Shown in pieces: positions 8,111 to 17,887 of a stretch of DNA of 24,000 nucleotides. How positions within the stretch are numbered: position 1 is the first letter of the stretch; every line of letters starts with the position of its first letter. The notes under the pieces were generated by a model. The model did no database searches. It was not told the DNA's origin and saw only the letters and a list, made by a program, of their open reading frames with translations. This DNA is from Alphaproteobacteria bacterium (GTDB taxonomy: Bacteria > Pseudomonadota > Alphaproteobacteria > Puniceispirillales > Marisalimonadaceae): NCBI GenBank assembly GCA_004213885.1, contig SGYL01000002.1, forward strand, positions 61,603 to 85,602. The letters are read 5' to 3'. The position numbers and the translations under genes were made by a program.

Positions 8111-10519
8111 TTATAATGTTTTTTTTATTTCTTTTACTTCAAAACATTCCATAATATCACCAACTTTAATATCATTATAATTTTCTAAACCCATTCCGCA
8201 TTCAAGTCCAAATTTAACCTCTTTAACTTCATCTTTAAATCTTTGCAATGTTTTAAGTTTTCCTTCATGAACAACTATGTTTTCTCTTAAAAGTCTAAAA
8301 CTACAACCTCTTTTAATAATTCCTTCCGTTACGGAACAACCTGCTATTTTTCCATGATTAGTAATGTTAAAAACTTGTTTAATCTCAGCATAACCAATAA
8401 ATTCCTCTTGAAGATCAGGATCTAACATTCCTGAAAGACCATTTTTAGCATCCTCTATAAGTTCATAAATTATTGAGTGGTATCTAATTTCAACCAGATC
8501 TCTTTTAGCAATTTCTCTAGCTTGAGGAATTGCTCTTACATTGAAACCGAAAACAAGAGCTGAAGATGCTACCGCTAAAGAGATGTCAGATTCATTAATT
8601 GGACCTACTGAACCAGATAAAATTTTAACTTTGATTTTTTCGTCGCCTAATTTTGTTAATGCCACTTTAATAGCTTCTAAAGATCCATGTACATCGGTTT
8701 TAATAACAACAGGTAATTCCGTAATCTCACCTGACTGAATATTGGCTAACATTTGTTCAACTGACCCTCTAGATGATAGTGCTGCTTCTTTTTCTTTAAA
8801 TTTTCTAGATCTATATTCCGCAACCTCTCTTGCTTTGGATTCACTATCCACTACATTAGCTATGTCACCAGCCATTGGAGTTCCTGATAGTCCTAAAACT
8901 TCAATAGGAGTTGAAGGCACAGCTTCATCGACCCTCTCACCTAAATCATTTATTAACGCCCTGACTTTTCCACTTTCGGTGCCAACAACAATTATATCAC
9001 CTACTCTAATTGTTCCTGAGTTCACAAGTAAAGTAATTACTGAACCTTTACCTTTTTCTAATTTTGACTCAATAACAATACCGGTTGCTGGACAATCTGG
9101 ATCACTTTTTAACTCTAGGATTTCTGCTTGCAATTCAATTGCTTCAATTAACTGATCAAGTCCGGTTTTCTTCAAAGCTGATACATGTATACATTGTACA
9201 TCACCACCCATATCTTCTGGAATTAATTCATGTTGAAGTAGTTCATTTTTAACCTTCTGAGGGTCAATATCTGGTTTATCGCATTTATTAACAGCAACAA
9301 TAATTGGAACTTTTGCAGACTTAGCATGATTAATTGCTTCTATAGTTTGTTGTTTAATTCCATCATCAGCCGCAACCACTAAAATTACAATATCAGTAAT
9401 ATTAGCTCCTCTTGCTCTCATTTCTGAAAAAGCCTCATGACCAGGTGTGTCTATAAATGATATAAGATTACCATTCTTAGATTTAATTTGATAAGCACCA
9501 ATATGTTGTGTGATTCCGCCAGCTTCACTTTTTACAACATTTGTTTTTCTTAAAGAATCTAATAAGGATGTTTTTCCATGATCTACATGACCCATGATAG
9601 TTACAACTGGGGGTCTCGAAATAAGATTTTGAGAAGTTTTATTATTATTAACTAAGTCTAATTCTATGTCAGAATCTGAAACACGCTTAACTTTATGACC
9701 AAATTCATTTGTTATTAATTCTGCAGTATCTGCGTCTATAACTTGTGTAGCTGTAGCCATTATACCATTTTTCATAAGCTCTCTAACAACATCTGCTGTT
9801 TTTTCAGACATTCTGTTTGCTAGTTCAGATACTACTATTGTATCTGGTATTATAACATCTCTAATTTGCTTGACTGCGGGTGTAGAAACTTCTGATTGTA
9901 ATTTTACTTTTTCTCTTCTACGTTTAATTGAGGCAAGTGAACGAAATCTAACATTCTCACTATCTAAAGCTCTTGCAATAGTAAGTTTACCTTCTCTTTT
10001 TTTCTCATAACCCTTAGGTATTACTTTTTTAGTATTATCTTTAAAAGCGTCTCTATTTGTAGTTTTTTTTGAATATTTATTATCATCAGATTTTTTTTCT
10101 TCTTGAAACTTATTTTTATCATTCAATGATGTAGTCTTGATATTATGTAATTTTTCATTACTTTTGATTTCATCTTTTTTAATAGAATTCTTTAATTCCA
10201 AATTATTTTTTGTGTTAAATACTTCATTCTCTGCTAGAGCAGCAGTTCTAGCAAGACCATCTTTAAGTTCTTTACTTCTTTTTGCAATTTGCTCTGCACT
10301 TAATGTGCTATTAATACCATTTTGATCATATTTAGATATAAATTTATTTTCAAAACTTCTCTTTGATCTTTTGACCTCAACTTGAACAGTATTTCGACCA
10401 GATCTTGAATTAGTTGTAACACTTGAAGGTGTCTTATTAGAATATAAATTCGACTTTAGTGTCAATTTACCGGAAGATAAACTTAATTTTTTTCGTTCTT
10501 TTGAATTATTTTCAGACAT
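8111..10519 (-). CDS. infB: Translation initiation factor IF-2
   Basis: G-domain motifs GHVDHGKTSLLD, DTPGHEAF and NKCD are present, with a conserved C-terminal region. The N-terminal third is low-complexity and K/N/S-rich. Confidence 0.97.
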   Translation of the reverse strand: MSENNSKERKKLSLSSGKLTLKSNLYSNKTPSSVTTNSRSGRNTVQVEVKRSKRSFENKFISKYDQNGINSTLSAEQIAKRSKELKDGLARTAALAENEVFNTKNNLELKNSIKKDEIKSNEKLHNIKTTSLNDKNKFQEEKKSDDNKYSKKTTNRDAFKDNTKKVIPKGYEKKREGKLTIARALDSENVRFRSLASIKRRREKVKLQSEVSTPAVKQIRDVIIPDTIVVSELANRMSEKTADVVRELMKNGIMATATQVIDADTAELITNEFGHKVKRVSDSDIELDLVNNNKTSQNLISRPPVVTIMGHVDHGKTSLLDSLRKTNVVKSEAGGITQHIGAYQIKSKNGNLISFIDTPGHEAFSEMRARGANITDIVILVVAADDGIKQQTIEAINHAKSAKVPIIVAVNKCDKPDIDPQKVKNELLQHELIPEDMGGDVQCIHVSALKKTGLDQLIEAIELQAEILELKSDPDCPATGIVIESKLEKGKGSVITLLVNSGTIRVGDIIVVGTESGKVRALINDLGERVDEAVPSTPIEVLGLSGTPMAGDIANVVDSESKAREVAEYRSRKFKEKEAALSSRGSVEQMLANIQSGEITELPVVIKTDVHGSLEAIKVALTKLGDEKIKVKILSGSVGPINESDISLAVASSALVFGFNVRAIPQAREIAKRDLVEIRYHSIIYELIEDAKNGLSGMLDPDLQEEFIGYAEIKQVFNITNHGKIAGCSVTEGIIKRGCSFRLLRENIVVHEGKLKTLQRFKDEVKEVKFGLECGMGLENYNDIKVGDIMECFEVKEIKKTL

Positions 10520-10527
10520 TTTAATTT

Positions 10528-12039
10528 TTATTTCTTATAATCTTCATCAAACCAATGCTTTCGAGCTTCCATTATTATCTCTCCAGCTTCATTTTCATTG
10601 TTAAACACTTTTTTTCCCAATAATGTGAATAATTCTTCACTATCTAAGTCTGCAAGATCATCTAAAGTCTTTATATCATTTTCTACCAAAGTCAAAATGT
10701 CAGATTTGGATAGATGACCAAACTCATATAACTTACTATCAATTCCACTTGATTTAAGTTTTTTTTCTACATTTTCTTTTTGGAGCTTAACATAATTTTG
10801 CGCTCTCTCTTTTAACTCTATTGATAGTTCTTCTTCGAAACCTTCTATATTATTTAATTCATCTATTGAAGTATCTGCAATATCATTGATTGATAAGTAA
10901 CCTTCTGCAACTATCAAATGAGCTATTACATCATCAACATCCAAAGCTTCAATAAAGATTTTTGTCCTTTCACTTATTTCTTCCTGTCTTTTATCAGATT
11001 CATCACTTTCAGATATTACGTCAATGTACCATTTACTTAGATCAGAGGCTAATCTGACATTTTGACCTCTTCTACCTATTGCAAGTGACAATTGATCATC
11101 AGGGACAATTACCTCCATTCTTCCTGCCTCTTCATCCATAATTACCTTAGATGGTACAGCAGGTGCCAAAGAGTTAATTACAAAAGTAACTGGATCTTCT
11201 GACCAAGGAATTATCTCAATTTTTTCACCTTGTAATTCATTCACAACTGCTTGAACTCTTGATCCTCTCATTCCAACACAAGCTCCAACAGGGTCGATTG
11301 TATTATCTTTTGAATAAACACTAATTTTAGCTCTACTACCAGGTTCTCTAGCGACACTTTTAACTTCAATTATACCATCATATATCTCGGGCACTTCTTG
11401 AGTAAATAATAAGCTTAAAAATTGATTGCATGATCGTGAAAGAAAAATTTGAGGCCCTCTAGTCTCTTCACTTACATTTAATATGTAAGTTCTCACTCTA
11501 TCACCTGGCTTTAATTGTTCTCTGGGAATCATTTCCTCTTTTCTAATCACGCCTTCAGCTTTACCAATATCAAGTGTCACTGAAAAATTATCAAACCTTT
11601 TAACAGTGCCAAGTATAATCTCACCAACCCTATCTTTAAATTGGCTGTATTGACGCAATCTCTCAGCATCTCTTACTTTTTGAGAAATGACCTGTTTAGC
11701 ACTTTGTGCAGCTATTCTTCCAAAATCAAAAGGAGGCAATTCTTTTTTGTGATAGTCACCAATTTTTAGAGATTTATCTCTTCTAAGAGCTTCTTCAAGT
11801 GACATTTGTGTTGATTCATCTTCCACTTCCTGAACAACTTGTGTATATTGCTCAATAGAAATTGATCCATTATTTCTATTTACAGTGGCTCTTATATCTC
11901 TTTCTAAACCATATTTAGATCTTGCAGCCCTTTGAATGGCATCCTCCATAGCTAATATGACGTCTTCTTTATCAATTAACTTTTCTCTAGCTACAGCTTC
12001 AGCTACCTGGATAAGTTCGATTCTTGGAATATTTTCCAT
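10528..12039 (-). CDS. nusA: Transcription termination/antitermination factor NusA
   Basis: N-terminal NusA domain (EDAIQRAARSKYG), S1 domain (GEIILGTVKRFD...), KH pair (DPVGACVGMRGSRVQAVVNELQGEKIEII; LAIGRRGQNVRLASDL) and C-terminal acidic HhH-type repeats. Confidence 0.96.
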   Translation of the reverse strand: MENIPRIELIQVAEAVAREKLIDKEDVILAMEDAIQRAARSKYGLERDIRATVNRNNGSISIEQYTQVVQEVEDESTQMSLEEALRRDKSLKIGDYHKKELPPFDFGRIAAQSAKQVISQKVRDAERLRQYSQFKDRVGEIILGTVKRFDNFSVTLDIGKAEGVIRKEEMIPREQLKPGDRVRTYILNVSEETRGPQIFLSRSCNQFLSLLFTQEVPEIYDGIIEVKSVAREPGSRAKISVYSKDNTIDPVGACVGMRGSRVQAVVNELQGEKIEIIPWSEDPVTFVINSLAPAVPSKVIMDEEAGRMEVIVPDDQLSLAIGRRGQNVRLASDLSKWYIDVISESDESDKRQEEISERTKIFIEALDVDDVIAHLIVAEGYLSINDIADTSIDELNNIEGFEEELSIELKERAQNYVKLQKENVEKKLKSSGIDSKLYEFGHLSKSDILTLVENDIKTLDDLADLDSEELFTLLGKKVFNNENEAGEIIMEARKHWFDEDYKK

Positions 12040-12119
12040 TTAAAAAAACCCCTTTTACTTAGTCTAAACCTAAAATTTCCCTAGTAATAACTTATAAGAG
12101 TATAATTTGAAATAAAAAT

Positions 12120-12791
12120 TTATTTTTTTTTAAAAAAAAACCAATTTACTACTTTGTTATTTTCTAGTGCTTTATTTGAATATTTTGTATTAAAAATCCA
12201 TTTTGGTTTTAAATTTGTATAATAATATCCATTTTTAATCCACAAAAAATCATTCCTAATATGGAGATGCTCTAACACCCAACTTTTCATAACGTTATGA
12301 TCTGTTGATATTATAAGTTTACCTTCATATTTCAAAATTTGATTAAGATCATCAAGAAATTTTTGTTGAATTAATCTTCTTTTTTCATGTTTTCTCTTTG
12401 GCCAAGGATCAGGCTGTAAAATTAAAATTAAATCAAAGAAATTCTTTTTAAATTTTTTTATTATTAGATGGATATCATCAGGCCAAATTTTAATATTTTT
12501 AATATTTTTATTAACAATTTTTTTAAGTAATTTTACACATCCATTATAATAAGCATCACATCCAATAAATAAATAATTTGGTTTATTTACAGACATGTTA
12601 ATTAAATTATCACCATTTCCAAATCCTATTTCTAAAATATTTTTATTATATTCATGAGATTCTAACTTACAGATCTGATCTTCGTGTAAGTAAAATTTAT
12701 TTCTATGATCCTCTAAAAGTTTTAAGTTCACTGAAGAAATTCGCCTACCTTTACGACGACCGTAAAATTTTTTTTGATTTTTTAAAAACAA
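12120..12791 (-). CDS. trmB: tRNA (guanine(46)-N7)-methyltransferase TrmB
   Basis: EIGFGNGDNLINMSVNKPNYLFIGCDAY (SAM-binding motif context), ILQPDPWPKRKHEKRRL (the conserved DPWPK..H.KRR block) and GKLIISTD. It lies next to metK, as in many alphaproteobacteria. Confidence 0.88.
   Translation of the reverse strand: MFLKNQKKFYGRRKGRRISSVNLKLLEDHRNKFYLHEDQICKLESHEYNKNILEIGFGNGDNLINMSVNKPNYLFIGCDAYYNGCVKLLKKIVNKNIKNIKIWPDDIHLIIKKFKKNFFDLILILQPDPWPKRKHEKRRLIQQKFLDDLNQILKYEGKLIISTDHNVMKSWVLEHLHIRNDFLWIKNGYYYTNLKPKWIFNTKYSNKALENNKVVNWFFFKKK
12123..12140. repeat. Perfect 18-bp homopolymer palindrome T9A9, encoding the FFFKKK C-terminal tail of TrmB
   Basis: Counted directly: T at 12123-12131 and A at 12132-12140, immediately after the trmB stop codon (12120-12122 on the minus strand). 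Confidence 0.9.
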
Positions 12792-12797
12792 TCTTTT

Positions 12798-13970
12798 TTA
12801 TAACTCCTTTTTCAACATTTCTACAAGATCAGTTTTCTCCCACGTGAATGACCCTTTTATCAACTCATCTGGGTTTCTACCAAAATGACCATATGCTGAA
12901 GTTGGAACATAAATTGGATTATTTAATTTAAGTTTATTTCTGATACCTTTAGGTGATAAATCTATATTTTTTTTTATACATTCTTCAATTATGTGGTCAT
13001 CTACTTTTCCTGTACCAAAGGTATTAACATATAAAGACAAGGGCTCTGACACACCTATTGCATAAGCTATTTGAATACTACATTTAGAAGCTAAATTAGA
13101 AGCAACCACATTTTTAGCTAAATATCTTGTCATGTATGCGGCAGATCGATCAACTTTAGTTGGATCTTTTCCTGAAAAGGCTCCGCCTCCATGTTGAGCT
13201 GATCCACCGTAGGTATCAACAATTATTTTTCTACCTGTTAATCCAGTATCTCCATCAGGACCTCCAATTACAAACCTGCCAGTTGGATTAACTAAAATAT
13301 CATCACTATTATAAGACCATTCTTTGGGAAGAACTTTTTTAATTACTTCAACTATAAATTCTTTTAAATTTTCTTGATTGTAATTTTCTTCGTGCTGTGT
13401 AGACACTACAATTTTTTTTGCACCAATTGGTTTAGATCCGTCATATTCCACAGATAGTTGAGACTTACTATCTGGCCCTAAAAAACCCACTCTTCCAGAG
13501 TGTCGTATGTCAGATAATTCCTTTAAAATTAAATGTGAATAATAAATTGGGGCTGGCATATAAGTTTCAGTTTCATCAACAGCATAACCAAACATTAAAC
13601 CTTGATCACCTGCTCCTTCTTCTTTATTTTCATTTTGATCTACACCTAAAGCGATATCACTTGACTGATTATGCAGGTAATTTTCAATTTGAATTTTTTC
13701 CCAATGAAATCCTGGTTGTTCATATCCTATTTTTTTTATAGCTAATCTAATTTTCTCCTCAATCTCCTGAAATAAGTAAGTTTTATTTGCTTCTAGTCTG
13801 TATTCACCAGCGATAACAACTTTATTTGTTGTTACAAGAGTTTCACATGCAACTCGGCTATAAGGATCTTTACTGATCATCAAATCAACAATTGTATCTG
13901 ATATAAGATCACTGATTTTATCTGGATGACCTTCAGAAACTGATTCAGATGTAAATAGATAATTTCTCAT
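12798..13970 (-). CDS. metK: S-adenosylmethionine synthetase
   Basis: [53 protein letters not shown] and [19 protein letters not shown] are hallmark MetK motifs. Confidence 0.98.
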   Translation of the reverse strand: MRNYLFTSESVSEGHPDKISDLISDTIVDLMISKDPYSRVACETLVTTNKVVIAGEYRLEANKTYLFQEIEEKIRLAIKKIGYEQPGFHWEKIQIENYLHNQSSDIALGVDQNENKEEGAGDQGLMFGYAVDETETYMPAPIYYSHLILKELSDIRHSGRVGFLGPDSKSQLSVEYDGSKPIGAKKIVVSTQHEENYNQENLKEFIVEVIKKVLPKEWSYNSDDILVNPTGRFVIGGPDGDTGLTGRKIIVDTYGGSAQHGGGAFSGKDPTKVDRSAAYMTRYLAKNVVASNLASKCSIQIAYAIGVSEPLSLYVNTFGTGKVDDHIIEECIKKNIDLSPKGIRNKLKLNNPIYVPTSAYGHFGRNPDELIKGSFTWEKTDLVEMLKKEL

Positions 13971-15496
13971 TTATACTCCAGTTTTGAAAAAATAAATTTT
14001 AGTAATACATTAAGTAAGAAAATAATTGCTATAATGATTATAAATATACTGTTACTATATTTTTTGAACATAGTATTTTTTATTTTATTAATCAATTTAA
14101 AAGATAAAACCCCCACCTCGTTATAGTTTAATTTTTTTAAAACTTCTCCATAAGGACTGATCAAACCAGAATAACCTGTATTTGCAACTCTAATCACAGG
14201 AATTCCAAACTCTACTGCTCTTATTTTGGCATACTGAAAATGTTGAATAGGACCAATAGTATTTCCAAACCAAGCATCATTTGTAATATTTATAATTACT
14301 GATGTATCTTGATCCAAAGACTTAAAAATTAGATCACTAAAAAGAATCTCATAACATATTAAAGGAACAAATTTGTAATATTTGTTAATAGCTATAGGTT
14401 TAATTTGATAGCTACTTGAAAAGTCTATCTTATTTTCAAAAAAATCAAATCTTGATAATATCTTTCTGAATGGCACGAATTCACCAAAGGGGACTAAAAT
14501 ATTTTTACTATAAATATTTTTCACTTCCTTTTTAGAATTTATTAATAAAGCAGAGTTATAATAATTATTTTCATAATTCGATATTGTTCCGGTAAATAAA
14601 AATTCGTTTTTTTTTGGATTTAAAAATCTTTGGGATAAGTCTTGTATTAAACTTTTGTCTCTAGGATACACTCCTAAGAAAGCTGTTTCTGGCCAAATAT
14701 TTAATATTGAAAGAAGATCTTTATCATTATGTTTAAATTTTGATAAATTAGTCAATTTTTGATGATGGTCTAATTTCAAAATTTTTTTCCATTTAATTTC
14801 CTGTTTTATATTTGGTTGAATAATATTTATCAAATGATTTTCTTTATAGGAGGGAATGGATTTAGTTGAATATCTATCATATGATTTTATAAATAAATAT
14901 ACTATTGGAGTTAAAAGAAGAAATATTGGTAAAATAGATAATTTTTTATATTTAATAATTAATACTGGTGAGATAATAAGAATAAGAAATACAAGATTCA
15001 TAGAATAGGAACCTATAAATGAAAATCCCTGTATTAACACATCATCAGATGCAAAAAAACTTCCCGGCATTAACCAAGGAAAATTTAATAATTTACCTCT
15101 TAAATACTCAAAAATAGATAATAATATTATAACGTTTATATGAACTTCTCCAATTTTTGGCGAAATTAATTTTGCAAAAAGAAAAGCTATACACCAAGTT
15201 AGCGACAAAAATAAAGGGAGTAATGCCGCGGCAATAGGCATTAAAAAAATATAAAAACCTGATTTAACCAAAAATGCGTTTGCTATCCAATAAAGACCTA
15301 CAAAAAACCAACCAAAAGCGAATGAAAATGATAAATAAAATACCTCTTTTAAGTTACTAACTTTGCAAATTCCATATATTGCAAATGAAAAACAAAAAAT
15401 TAAAGGATAAATTTTATAAGGCTCTAAAGAAAAAGTTGCCAAAGCTCCAAAAAAGAAAAACAAAGGAGTCTGAATTAATAATTTATTAACTCTCAT
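13967..15496 (-). CDS. lnt: Apolipoprotein N-acyltransferase
   Basis: Multi-span hydrophobic N-terminal half plus a C-terminal nitrilase-fold domain with [18 protein letters not shown] (catalytic Cys context) and NITNDAWFG. It has the canonical position after corC. Confidence 0.9.
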   Translation of the reverse strand: MRVNKLLIQTPLFFFFGALATFSLEPYKIYPLIFCFSFAIYGICKVSNLKEVFYLSFSFAFGWFFVGLYWIANAFLVKSGFYIFLMPIAAALLPLFLSLTWCIAFLFAKLISPKIGEVHINVIILLSIFEYLRGKLLNFPWLMPGSFFASDDVLIQGFSFIGSYSMNLVFLILIISPVLIIKYKKLSILPIFLLLTPIVYLFIKSYDRYSTKSIPSYKENHLINIIQPNIKQEIKWKKILKLDHHQKLTNLSKFKHNDKDLLSILNIWPETAFLGVYPRDKSLIQDLSQRFLNPKKNEFLFTGTISNYENNYYNSALLINSKKEVKNIYSKNILVPFGEFVPFRKILSRFDFFENKIDFSSSYQIKPIAINKYYKFVPLICYEILFSDLIFKSLDQDTSVIINITNDAWFGNTIGPIQHFQYAKIRAVEFGIPVIRVANTGYSGLISPYGEVLKKLNYNEVGVLSFKLINKIKNTMFKKYSNSIFIIIIAIIFLLNVLLKFIFSKLEYK

Positions 15497-16346
15497 TTAA
15501 AAATTTTAAGCCTTTAATTTTAACCTTAATAATTTTTCTTTTATCTGAATTTATTATTTCAAATTCTATTTTGTTCTTAACATCTCTAATAACTTCACCT
15601 TTTATTGGGACTCTTCCTGATAAACTTATTATATATCCTCCCAATGTTTCAAATTCTTCATTTTTAAATTTAGATAAATCTAAACTTAATTTATCTTTAA
15701 GAAAATCAAGGCTTGCTCTAGCCTCTACAATTATTGTATTAAAATTTAATTTTTCTATTTTAATTTCAGATGTTTCATCATGTTCATCTTCAATTTCTCC
15801 AACAAGTTCTTCAACTAGATCTTCAATGGTCACTAAGCCATCAATGCCTCCATATTCATCCACGACTAGTGCCATATGTCTTTTTTTAAGTCTCATCTCA
15901 TGCAATAAATCTAATAAGCTTATTGAAGGCGCTATAAAAATTGGCTCTTTAAGAATATATTTTATCCGATTTTTTTTCTTTGAATTAATATTTGCCAAAA
16001 CATCTTTTATGTGAATGATCCCTACTATATCATCTTTTGTTTTTCCAGTTACAGGTACTCTACTATGATTAGCCTTTGTTAATTGATTAACAATATCATT
16101 AAAATTGTCTGACATTGACACAGTCACTATATCTACCCTTGGAACCATTACATCAATAGCCGTAATACCTCTCAGTCCAGCTAAATTTTTTAATAATTCA
16201 TTTTCATGTTTTTGGGTTTTGTTAACTTCAAGCTTTGAATTAATTCGGCGTGATACAAATTGTTCGAGGTCATCGTCTGAATTATAAGATTTAACAATTG
16301 TTTTGTCTTTAAAAATCAACTTTAGAATATTTAAAAATTTAAGCAT
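15486..16346 (-). CDS. corC: CBS-pair / CorC_HlyC domain protein (CorC/TlyC family, YbeX-like)
   Basis: DVMVPRVDI, tandem CBS segments, MALVVDEYGGIDGLVTIEDLVEELVGEIEDEHD and a C-terminal transporter-associated domain (TLGGYIISLSGRVPIKGE). The synteny miaB-phoH(ybeZ)-ybeY-corC(ybeX)-lnt is the same as in E. coli. Confidence 0.85.
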   Translation of the reverse strand: MLKFLNILKLIFKDKTIVKSYNSDDDLEQFVSRRINSKLEVNKTQKHENELLKNLAGLRGITAIDVMVPRVDIVTVSMSDNFNDIVNQLTKANHSRVPVTGKTKDDIVGIIHIKDVLANINSKKKNRIKYILKEPIFIAPSISLLDLLHEMRLKKRHMALVVDEYGGIDGLVTIEDLVEELVGEIEDEHDETSEIKIEKLNFNTIIVEARASLDFLKDKLSLDLSKFKNEEFETLGGYIISLSGRVPIKGEVIRDVKNKIEFEIINSDKRKIIKVKIKGLKFLNES

Positions 16347-16908
16347 AAGGATTTTTAATTCCTAAATTCTTTAATATTGAAATTTCAATTTTTTCCATTT
16401 TTATTCTTTCACTGTCATTTTCGTGATCATATCCTAAGACATGTAAAATTGCGTGTAAAAAGATATGTATAAAATGATCTTTAAATAAAACATTGTTTGT
16501 CTTTGATTCACTAAAAATTCTTTCCATAGATATTACTATTTCACCTAAATGAATTTCTTGCTCAGTATTTTTAAAATAATTATTCTTATCTATCATAGAC
16601 TGAAAGGACAACACATTTGTAGGCTTGTTTAGGTTTCTATATTTAAAGTTAATTTCTTTAATCTCTGCATCATTAGTAAGTAGAACAGAGAAATTTATTT
16701 TTTTTTTTTTTAAAAATGAATTTGTATATTTTTTAACATTCGAAAACAAAAGATCAAATTTTCTTATTTTACGCAAATAATAAATTTCATTATAAAAATC
16801 TAGGTGTTTAAACTTAAACTCTAAGGTAAATATATTGTTCTTATATAAACTTACCTTTTCCGAAAACATTCTTTTACTTAACAAAAAACTGTTACTTTTC
16901 ATAAGCAC
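16339..16908 (-). CDS. ybeY: rRNA maturation endoribonuclease YbeY
   Basis: Metal-binding motif HAILHVLGYDHE, plus PTNVLSF and LGEIVIS. The 189-aa ORF is long for the family. The real start may be the internal Met at 16869 (MFSEKV...), which would remove the 17-nt overlap with phoH. Confidence 0.85.
   Translation of the reverse strand: MLMKSNSFLLSKRMFSEKVSLYKNNIFTLEFKFKHLDFYNEIYYLRKIRKFDLLFSNVKKYTNSFLKKKKINFSVLLTNDAEIKEINFKYRNLNKPTNVLSFQSMIDKNNYFKNTEQEIHLGEIVISMERIFSESKTNNVLFKDHFIHIFLHAILHVLGYDHENDSERIKMEKIEISILKNLGIKNPYA
16698..16711. repeat. 14-nt homopolymer (T14 on the plus strand, A14 in the ybeY mRNA sense), encoding LKKKKI
   Basis: Counted directly in the sequence. It lies inside the intact ybeY reading frame. 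Confidence 0.9.
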
Positions 16909-17887
16909 TTATAATTTCTGAAACTATTTTATGACGCACCACATCTTTTTTGTTTAAATTAATAAATTTAATTGTTTTTAGATTAGAGAGTTTCTTTTTT
17001 GCTACACTTAATCCTGAATCATTTATGTATTTTATATCAATCTGTGTAAGGTCTCCATTAATGATCATTTTTGATCCATGACCTAAACGAGTTAGTATCA
17101 TCTTCATCTGAATTGATGAAGTATTTTGAGCTTCATCTATAATAATAAATGAATTTTTAAAAGTTCTTCCCCTCATGAAAGCAACAGGAGCAATTTCAAT
17201 AATTCCTTCTTGTATTTTTTTTTCAACTGTTTCAAAAGGCATCATCTCATATAAAGCATCATAAATTGGTCTAAGATAGGGATCAACTTTGTCTTTCATA
17301 TCACCAGGTAAAAAACCTAAATTCTCTCCTGCTTCTACAGCAGGCCTAGATAAAATTATTTTATCAATAAGACCCTTTTTTAAAGACTGTACAGCTTTTG
17401 CAACAGCTAAATAAGACTTGCCCGTACCAGCAGGGCCAAGACCGAATATTACATCATATTCATTAACAGCTTGTATATATTTATTTTGACCATCACTTTT
17501 AGGGTAAATAGTTTTTTTCCATGTATCTATTGAGTTTAATACTTTTGAAGATGTATCAACAGAATTTTTATTTTTTAACATTTTATACTCAGATTCAAAA
17601 ATCGAAAAATCCATACTTTGAACATTATTTTTATTTAATAATAATATATCATAAACTCTATTTATCAAATCTTCAGCTAATTCAACGTTATGCTTTTTTC
17701 CAACAATAAGTAACTTATTTCCAAAAAAAGTAATCTCTACATCTATAATCTCATTAAGCTTATCTATGTTTTTAGAATTTTCGCCAAGTAATGTATTTAA
17801 GTCATCATTAGAATTAAAAATCAATTCAACTTGCAAAAGGTTTCTATGACTAAATGATTTAAGATTTTGAGCCTTTGTTTTAAGCAT
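16892..17887 (-). CDS. phoH: PhoH-family ATPase (YbeZ-like)
   Basis: Walker A GPAGTGKSYLAVAKAV, then LSRPAVEAGENLGFLPGD, DPYLRPIYDAL, AFMRGRTF and IIIDEAQN. Confidence 0.93.
   Translation of the reverse strand: MLKTKAQNLKSFSHRNLLQVELIFNSNDDLNTLLGENSKNIDKLNEIIDVEITFFGNKLLIVGKKHNVELAEDLINRVYDILLLNKNNVQSMDFSIFESEYKMLKNKNSVDTSSKVLNSIDTWKKTIYPKSDGQNKYIQAVNEYDVIFGLGPAGTGKSYLAVAKAVQSLKKGLIDKIILSRPAVEAGENLGFLPGDMKDKVDPYLRPIYDALYEMMPFETVEKKIQEGIIEIAPVAFMRGRTFKNSFIIIDEAQNTSSIQMKMILTRLGHGSKMIINGDLTQIDIKYINDSGLSVAKKKLSNLKTIKFINLNKKDVVRHKIVSEIISAYEK

Noticed and set aside
8541-9155. 65-aa and 137-aa plus-strand ORFs inside infB
   Set aside because: Both are antisense to the conserved IF-2 domain region. 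They have S/T/P-rich compositions typical of the reverse frame of a real gene, with no start or RBS context.
12040-12119. tRNA, small RNA or degraded rimP remnant in the largest intergenic gap
   Set aside because: 80 nt is too short, and the sequence is too AT-rich and unstructured for a tRNA. There is no cloverleaf-compatible inverted repeat and no ORF. I could pick out -10-like hexamers (TATAAG, TATACT) but no properly spaced -35, so I do not report a promoter feature.
13971-14060. Possible SAM riboswitch (SAM-II or SAM-V type) upstream of metK
   Set aside because: The metK ATG overlaps the lnt stop (13967-13970), so the upstream sequence is lnt coding DNA with no leader. I saw no pseudoknot-like conserved element.
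15571-16287. 147-aa and 60-aa plus-strand ORFs inside corC
   Set aside because: Both are antisense to a well-supported CBS/CorC gene. Their serine-rich, low-complexity translations make them shadow ORFs.
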